The notes under the pieces: model-generated
Seen by the model: only the letters and a program-made list of their open reading frames with translations
Told to the model about the DNA's origin: nothing
Database searches by the model: none
Shown: positions 11,420 to 20,400 of the stretch, in pieces
Layout of the letters: every line of letters begins with the position of its first letter
Numbering within the stretch: the first letter of the stretch is position 1
IMG/VR virus record: IMGVR_UViG_3300045988_043056
Reading direction: 5' to 3' (one strand)
DNA length: 43,022 nucleotides
Source: a virus
Program-made: the position numbers and the translations under genes

Positions 11420-14400
11420 ACGGCATCATCCACCAGTCATAGCTTTTATACTTCTGGCCCATGATCCAGTCCTTCTGTTCTGCGGTCAGGCTCAGGCTGT
11501 CGATCAGCTCGATGACCTTTTCTCTCTTGCTGCCGGAAATAAACTCTCCGTCCTCGTCCCTGTCGGATTCCAGCTCCGCTTGAGCCAGCCAGAACTTTGT
11601 GTACTCCTTTGCTGGGATTCCTGCCTCGTGAGCCTCCTTGAACTTCTCCGCCGTTCCATCGGAATAGATTGCACACAGCGCTTTATAGGCTTCATTTTCG
11701 GAAAGTCCCGCCTGCGCAACAGCTCTGGCCTGATATGCCTCCGAAAAGTTCTTTCCATCAGCTTTTGCGGCCTTGCGGGCAATTTCCTCTATCTTTATTG
11801 CGCTGTTTTTCCCAACGCCCGCTGCGGTCATTTTGTTGTAGAAGCTCGCGGATTGCGGCACGAGCGCCTCGTTGATCGCCTCTCGGTTCTTCCCGGAATA
11901 CTTCTTTCCGTCCAACCAGCTTGCAAACTCCGCCGCCCATTCGCTTTCGGTCTTTCCCGCTTTCAGCTCGCCGCGCTTGTCGAGGATTTCGGAAATATTT
12001 TTCCACTTCATCCCGGCGTCGAGCAGCTTGTCAATCGCGTCGTTTTTCCCGCTTTCGACCATCGCGCTGTAGATTCTCATTCTCTGCCCGTCGGTCAGAC
12101 CCTCCTGCGCTGCCAGCTCGGCGCGTGCCTTTTTGCGGTGCTCCTCCTTCTGCTGCAAGCGCTTTGCCTTTTCCTCTTCGCTCTCGTCGTCCTTTGGCTC
12201 CGGTATGTCGGAGTAATTCATTGCATCGTCCATCCGCATCATCAGGCCGTAGAGCGCATACCCGTTCACGCCCTCGTCCCGCAGCTCTTTCCAGAGTTTC
12301 GTCTGGTCGGCATTCAGCCCGTAGCTGTCCCCGGCATAATACCGATTCGCCTCCGGTGTCGCGTTTGTCCCGAACAGCACCGTCCGAATATCGTTCCACA
12401 CATTGTCCGTGTCCAGCGCGTAGAGCAGCCGTTCGTTATCTCCGTATCCCTTGGTTTTTCCTCCCTGCGCGATTGCCTTAATGCCGTACCCGGTTTTCTT
12501 GGCCTGTCTGCCGCCCGGAACCAGCTCTGCAAGGAACTCCAGCCCCTTCTCCAGCACTTCCTGTCCATTGGCGCTTTTGCCGTTTCCGGGAAACAGCGCA
12601 TCATAGAAGTTTTTCCCGGTTCCGAAGATGTTCGGGAACGGCATTGACCGGTCGCCCACACCCAGCAGTCCGGAAAGATTCGAGGCAAACGGGATCTCGT
12701 TCATCAGGTTGTAGCCCGTGTCCTTGATCGCCGCCGACGTGTCAAATCCTTCCTTCGGCTTCTGCACGTCGAAGATTTCCGAGCCGACCACCTTGTTGAT
12801 AAGGTTCTTGATGTAGTCATTCGTCGGCAGCCCCTTGCCGGATGCAAAGAAGTTTGCCGTCAGTCCGGCAATGTCCAGCGGTGCAGGCGTGCCGCCGTAA
12901 AGCTCATCCGTCAGCCGGTTCAGCACGAACGCCGCAATCAGGTACCCGAAGATCGTCCGCAGCAGCATTCGCGCCGCGCTTTTCTTTCCGTGCTCTCTGG
13001 CCTCCCGCTTTATCTCCAGCGGCATGTCCTGCGTGACAAACTCCACCGTGTTCAGCGGCTCGATCTGGAACACGTTCAGCATTTGCACCACAACGCCCTT
13101 GCTGTGGAACTTCAGCGGCTTTGCCCCCTTCGTCCGGTCTCCCATCAAGGCTCTGCCGTACCAGTCTGCAAACCGCATGGCCTCCTCGTGGCTCTTCCCG
13201 TTGCGGATCGCGTCCCAATAGGCCGCACGTGTCGCGATGGTCGAGAGCATCGAATCCATAAATTCCGCCGGTGCAAACATGCCGGAAATGAACTTATCCG
13301 TCCCGCTCTGCACCAGATAGTCTATTCCCTTCTTTCCGGTCAGGAAGTCGATCTCTTTTCGGAATTCCCCCAGCTTTCCCGTGCAGAACTCCTGTGTCGC
13401 TTTCAGGATCGCCCGCTGGCTTCTCGTGGCCTGAAGCATCGCAAGCTGGGCGCTCTGGTTCAGCACCGAGGAGAGGTTTCCTGCAACATTGGCCTTTGCA
13501 AACGCGCCGACCAGTTTGTTTCCGATGTTCAGCCATTCGCGCCCGCCGCCGTACTCCGTGCCTCTGTCGCCGCCGAACTGCTTCCCGGCCAGAATGTCGC
13601 CGTAGTTTTTCAGCCATACGACCAGCGGAGAATATCGCGTCTTGTTTGTTTCTTCCCCAACCAGCTCGGAGATCAGCCGGTCGAACACCTGCATCATTTC
13701 CGCATCGGATAGGTCGTAGTCGTCTGCCCCGATCTGCCCCATTTCCTGCAAGTATTCGATCTTTTCCTCTGCGTCCGAGCTTCGGCTCATGTCGATTGCC
13801 TTTTGCAGATCGTCCACGAAGTTTCCGCGCAGGCCCTTGCGCAGATAGCTTTCCGCCGCTCGTACCTTCTGGATGTCGTCTGTGTGGAACAGAATGTCGC
13901 TGAGATACTGCACATAGCTCTGGAATGCCTCCTCGATGTCATAGGCCGTCTTGTCGGTCTTACGTTCCAGCAGGAACGGGTTCCATCTTCTCTGCGGCCG
14001 GAATCCCTCCGTCCGTCCGGAGATCTCCGCGGGCAGTGTCGTCACGGTCTCGTTCAGGCCCAGCACTTCAAGCGCCTTGCTCATTAGGTTGAACTTTTCC
14101 GCCAGAGGCATATGCGGCGTATACCCTTGGATCCTGCCGATGGGCTGCATTCCGTGCGCCACGAGGAAATCGTTGATTGCCTCAAAATACAGGTCGAATT
14201 TTTTCCGGTATTCCTGCATCGCGTTCTCGCATTTCTTCTTGTCGATGCCCTCGGTGTCCTTTCCGTTGATCCACTGCGCATATTTCTCAACGATTTTCGC
14301 TTCCTCGCTGTTCAGCGCAAATTCTATGGTCTCGTTGGAAATGCTTTCGCCCTTGGCCACCTTCTTGGCCGCGTCCTTCAGGATGTCGCCTCTGTCGCTG

Positions 14401-17400
14401 CGCTCCGCCTTTTCCACATATCCTTCCACGTCCAGCATCATGTGCACATAGGCGCGTTCGGTCTCGTTCAGGCGTGACTTCTTCCCGCTGCTGTCTGTAA
14501 ATTCCTTCACGTCGTCAAACTGCTGATTCGTCCAGCGGTAGCTCTCCGCCGTGTTTCGGATGACCGGCGCGAACAGATAGTTGTAGATCTCCATGCCCCG
14601 TTCTTCTCCGAAGATATTCACCATCGACCGCAGCGCCGTCCGGTAGTTCAGCACCAGCAGCTTTTCCGCCTTGAACAGCTCCGGGTTTGCCATGATCTCG
14701 TTTTCCGTCGGGAAAAGCTCCATCATCTTGTAGAACAGGCCGTCGCGGATCTCGCTCTTGCGCACTTGGATCAGATCCTCTCCGGTCATGCGCTCGTTCA
14801 GGTACAGGGCAGAAAGCTGCGAGACAACCTCCGGCCGGCACTTGTCCGGCAGCCTGTAATACTCCTGCTTCCCCTGCGCGATTTTTTTCGCTGCGCGGAT
14901 CTCCTGTTTTGTCGCCTCCATCCGCTGGATGGTCTTGTCGATCTGCCATTTCACGCTCCTGCGCGTCTCCGCGCCCTTGCGCATGGTTTCCACCTGACCG
15001 TAGTCCGCGATTCCGCCGTCGATCTTCACGCCCGCCTTTTCCAGTGCCGGAGAACCCTTGAAGTTCTCTTTTGCAATGCCTTCCGGATGCACGCCCGGAA
15101 TTTGCTGCCCATAGGTTTTCTTGGCCGCCTCCAGTCTCTCAAGCGCTTCTTTGGGGCTGATGCTCGTTTTCGGCGCGGGATCTTTCGTCATGGTCGCTTT
15201 CCATGTGCCGTCTGCATTGTTGGTCAGTGCCCACTTGGTTCCGGTCATCGCCTGCAAGAGGCTCAGTGCCTCGCCCGGCTGCAAGGTCGTGAATCTGGAC
15301 TGCATCGGTCTGTCCTTGCCATACGGCAGCTTCGGCTCCGTTGTCCCGAAGCTCTCAAGATACGCCTTTCGGATTCCCTCTATGCGTTCCGCCTTTTTCT
15401 GCTCGTAGGCTTCCTGTTCCTCCAGTGCACTCTCCCCGCGCTGCTTTTCGATCTCCTGCGCGGCCTGTCTTGATTTCTCCGCACGTTCCTCCGCCACCGG
15501 CCGCAGATCGTTTGTCTCTCTGCCCTCCGTCTGGCCGTCGTACCACTCGTAGAATGCCCCGAGATCCTCTGCGTCCGCCGCGTCCTCCAGCTTCTCCGGC
15601 GGCATACTCGCAAGCAGAGCCGCCGTCTCCTGCACGCTCGGCTGATATTTCGGCTCCACCGCCGTCAGCAGCTTCGTCTCCATGTCCTTCACGCTGGAAA
15701 GGCCGGTCTCCTTGTTCGTGAACAGCACCGTGAGCATGCCCTTCTTCGTGCTCTTGTCCAGCACAAGGCCGTAGTTGCCCATGTCCGCCGCCTTGACCCA
15801 CGTCCGCAGGGGATACACCTGTTTCCCGTTCAGGAAGGGGAAGCCGCGCTTCTGCGCCGCCGCCTCCGAGATCGTCCACGGCTCCACAACGCCCTCGGCC
15901 TTTTTCGTCGGCTGCACGCCGTCGGCCTCTCGGAGGATTGATTCCAGCCGCTCGTCCGTTTCCGTTCTTGCCCGCGCTTCTCTCGCCTCCGCGCCTGCCT
16001 GCTTTTCGTACCGGTTCAGCAGCTTTTCAAATTCCTGCCTCTGGTATTCCAGCTGCTCCTCCCGCTTCAGTCCGAAGCGCTTTTCGTTTTCCTCCATGGC
16101 CTGCCGGTAGGGCAGCTTCGTGTCCATGCCCTTGTCGGCCATGTCCTCCATGCGCCGCAGCATTTCCGTCATGTCATAGGTGCCCGGGAATGCCCCCGGG
16201 TACTGCTCCGCCAGCTCCTTGTAAAGCTGGTCGATGCCCTGCTTGCCCTCGTCCTCCACAAAGTAGAACTTGTGCCGTCCCATGGCGCGCTTCTTAAAGC
16301 TGTTCCAGTCGTCCCCGAATTCCGTCCTGACCCACTCCGGCACGAACACCTTCTGCCCGTAGATCGTGTCGCGGATTTCTCTGTAATAGTCGTCCGCTGG
16401 CATCGTCTCCGTCCCAAGGTTCATCACCGCCTCAAACAGGTCGTCCTTTTCCGCCTTCAGCAGCTTCACGCCCTGCTGCATTTCCAGCATCGGCGTTTCC
16501 AGCAGCCCGTTTAATTCCTTGCTGTCATAGCTCTGGATGTTGAAAAGCCTCCGCATGCCGCTTGTCAGGTCGCGCTTGTATCGCTCCTGCGCCTTTTCCT
16601 TCTCCTGCTCCAGCTTTTCTTGCGCGGCGGTCAGCTTGTTTTCCGCCCGCTGCACCTTTTCCTCCGGCGAGAGAGAAAACCGCTTCTTCGGCTCCAGCAG
16701 CTTTTCGGCATCTGCCTCGGCCTCCTGCCGCGCCTGCTCGTTTCCGGCCCTGTATTCCACCACGTTCAGGCCGTTCATTTTCAGCCTTTCCACAAGCCAC
16801 CAGTCCACGCTCGACGGAATCACCGCTGCCATGTTCTCAAGGTGCGCGTTGTTGTTCCGCGCATCCTCGTTCTTCACGATCAGCGACACGTCGCCCGCGC
16901 CCTCGGTGTTCGTCAGCAGCTCCTGCACCGGAATCCGCGCCGACCCGTACAGCACCTCAAGATCATCCTCGTTCAGATTCCGAATGGTCGTGAGATTTTC
17001 GTTGCCTGTTTCTTTGGTCTCCTGCAAGAATTCAGAAAATTGCTTTCCTGTTATGTTGACATTCTTCCCTCGGTATGTTATACTACCAATGTAGCCGCTA
17101 GGTGGAAGGGAACCGGGACGTAGTTGCAAGCCCGTGGAACGAAGGAGCCTGGCGGCTCTTTTTTTATCCACAAACATTGCCTCGCTGTTTTTCAGAAAAC
17201 CTGCCGGGTTTCCTGTTTTTACATACGCGCTGACGACCTTCTGCATGTCCTCAATCAGAAGATTTCCTTCCACTGGCCTTAAATCCAGCACAGCCAGCAT
17301 GGGTGCGCCATTTGTATTCTTCATGCTGCCAAACACGACCACGCGGCTGTTCCCTCTTTTGGAATCCGATTGTCTACTTTTCAGTACCAGCACCGGATCG

Positions 17401-20400
17401 TTCAGCACGCTCGGTATCTTCTTGATTTCCTCTAGCGACATTTCCGGATGCTGCTTGAGAATTGTCTCGATTTTCTCGCTGCGCATATATACATCGCTCT
17501 CAATCGCTCCAAGTCCTTGCAGCACTTCTCCGGTACTCCCCAGAATGAAATCTGTCTTTCTTCTTCCGTCTGCGTCCCACTGAGTTATTGCCTCTGCAAA
17601 CCCTTCCGGATTATCAACGGAAAGCTGTACTTTCGATGTTCCTTCTCCGTCCTCCGTCAGCAGCGCTCTGTTCCATCCAAGGTCTGGCATTTTGTTTTTC
17701 CGTTCCTCTGCGGTCAGGTTCCGGCGGCTGGCCGTTTCTCTCGCCTCGATCTCTCCTGCGGAATTGATGTACTGCCCCAGATAGACCTCGCCGGGGTTTT
17801 CCATCTGCCGTTTCAGATCGATCAGCTTTCCGAACCACTCGTTCGGATAGAGCTTTTCATAGAGTCTGTCGTGCTCTGCGTCCATCCGGTCGTATTTCTC
17901 AGTGTCACCCGGCTTTTCGGAGTAGAACAGGCGCTCCAGCTCCCCGTCGATCTCCTGATAGCGGATATAGTCGTTCTGTTCTTCCTTTGTCAGGCCGTTC
18001 AGAATGTCGCTGTACTCCCGCTGCAAGCGCTCCTGCAACCTGTCTCCGCTTTCATAGTCGCGCCGCGCCCAGTATTCCGGGCTTGTCCCGCCCTGGAAGC
18101 CCTCGTATTTCTGGATGATGTGCTGAATCTCGTGCAGCAGCGTCTCCGGCCCCTTGCCGAACAGGCTGTCGGAAAGAACAATGGCATTGCTTCTCTTGTC
18201 AAACTTTCCCTTCACGCCGGGATCCAGCTTTTCAAAGCGCAGCGTCGTGTGCCGCAGCAGAGGATACGCCTCATAGAGTTCGTCGTGCTTCAGGAAATCC
18301 TGAAGCTCGTATTTTTTCTCCCATACCCTGTCGCTGTATTCCTCCTGAAGCGCTTCCATTTCCGCTTCCTCTGCCTCTGTCAGCGGTTCTCCGCCCTTTT
18401 CAAAGCTGTCGCCCCATTTGTCTGTCAGTTCTTCCAGTCTGCGGTATCTCGGCTCGCCCAGCAGCCTTGCGTCCCCGTTCGGTCGGAATTCCGCCTTGCT
18501 GTCGTCCACCTCAAACCGCCACTGGCCGTCCGCACCGCGAATCCATCCGGTTTTCCGCCAGATTTCCTCTCGGCTTGCGCCGTCCTCCTCCATGGCCTCC
18601 GCAAGCGCAAGGTTTTTGGAGCTGGCCGTCTTGGCCTTCGGGCCTGCCATACTCGCCCTTTTGCCGCCCTCTCGGGCGGTTTTTTCGTTTCCGTCGCTGT
18701 CCTGCGTCCGGCGCACGGCCTGTGAGACCTCTGCCGTCGGTGCGTTGCTCTCCCGCTGGCTTTGCATGCCGGCCGCATGCGTCCGCATTGCGTCGATCAG
18801 CTTCTTGAAGCTCCGATTGGCAAAGCGGTTCAGCCCCGCATAGGCGTCGGCCAGAATTTCCTCATAGACCGCCGTGTCGCTGTCATATGCCCCTCGGTAC
18901 GCCTTCATGTACTGCTCGACGATCTCGGTGTATTCCTCCGCCGTCATGTTTTCGCTCACGCTTTCCAGCGCCGTGACAAGGTCGATCTCCGCCGCGTGCA
19001 CCTTGGCGTGGAAAAGCTCATGCTCCATCAGCACCTCCGGCTCGTAGATGCTCGAAACGCTCACGAAAATACGCCCGCTTTCCGCATCAAACATCGCGTC
19101 CGTGTTGTGGTACTCTCCGTCCTCGCCCTTGATGGACATCGTGCCCACCACGAAGGTCGTTTTCACGCCCTGCTCCTTCGCCTCGCGCTGTGCCTGCTTC
19201 ATGGCCTGCGTGTACTTCCGCACCGGCACGATCCCGACCATCACGTCAGGGTCTCCGTCTGCGGTCAGTTTGTCCATGCCGGTGTCCAGCACGGTGCCCT
19301 TGAAGCGCTCTACTCTTTCGTTGAGCTTCTGCCGGCGAAGATTTTCGCTTTCATTTCCTCCAGCTTCGCCCGTTCCTCCTCTGTCAGCGGCGATTCGTGA
19401 TCCGCTTTCGACCACGCCGCCAGTCTGTCCCTCGGCACCCACACGCTCATTCCGCTCTTGGTTTTCATTAACACTCTGGGATTGCTCATTGCTCATTCCT
19501 CCTTCGGTTTCCTGCGCCGCCGGCGCATTGATTTCCTCTGCCTGTTCGACCGTCGCTGCCGCGCTCTGGTCGGTCTCCTGCGCCGCCTGCGGCGTTTCCT
19601 GCGCGGTTTGCTCTGCGGTCGGTATGTTTTCCTGTGCTGCGCTTTCTGCGGCTCTCTGCGCCCTCTCTGCGGCTCTCGCGCTCTTTTCCGCGTCCAGCAC
19701 GTCCAGATAGCTCTGCGCAGATTCCGCCACGAAGATATCCGTCGCATCCGTGCTGCCGCGCAGGGCCTCTATGGTCGCCCGCTGCGTGATGATCTGAATA
19801 TCCAGCGCACGGTCTGTCATCAGCGCCGCATTGCTCTGCTGCTCTGCGCGGATGATGTTCTGCATCTCCACGTCCACAAAGCCGCCGTTCGCCTGCGGCG
19901 GCGTGTACCGCTCGAAGCTCTCCGAGATATTCTGTGCGCTTTCCAGACGGTCTGCCAGCGTGTTGAACTCCCGCACGATGGTGTTCCACTCGCCCTTGGC
20001 TTTCTTGATCTGGCTCTCGCTCCATCCGTTGAAGCGCATCAGGTTTTCGTCGCCTGCATAGTATTGCGCCGTGTACTGCGCCATGGTGCCGTAGAGCACG
20101 TCCAGATTGCTCTGCGCCTGCTTGCCGAAGCGCGTGATCACCTTCGACTGCACATAGCTTTTCGCTCTGGCCGTCAGGTCCACAATGTCCTCCGGTGCGC
20201 TCATGACCATGGAAAGCAGCACGCCCACGGTAAACTCGTCCACCAGCTCTTTTGCCGTCAGGTCGGTTTCGCCCGTCAGCGCGTAGTCCAGCGCCGCGCC
20301 CGCAACGGCCGAGGCCACCTCCTCCATGCCTTCGCCGATGCGGTCGAACACCTTGCTCGATACGATCTTCCGGATGGTCTCATTGTCTGTCAGGTCGGTG

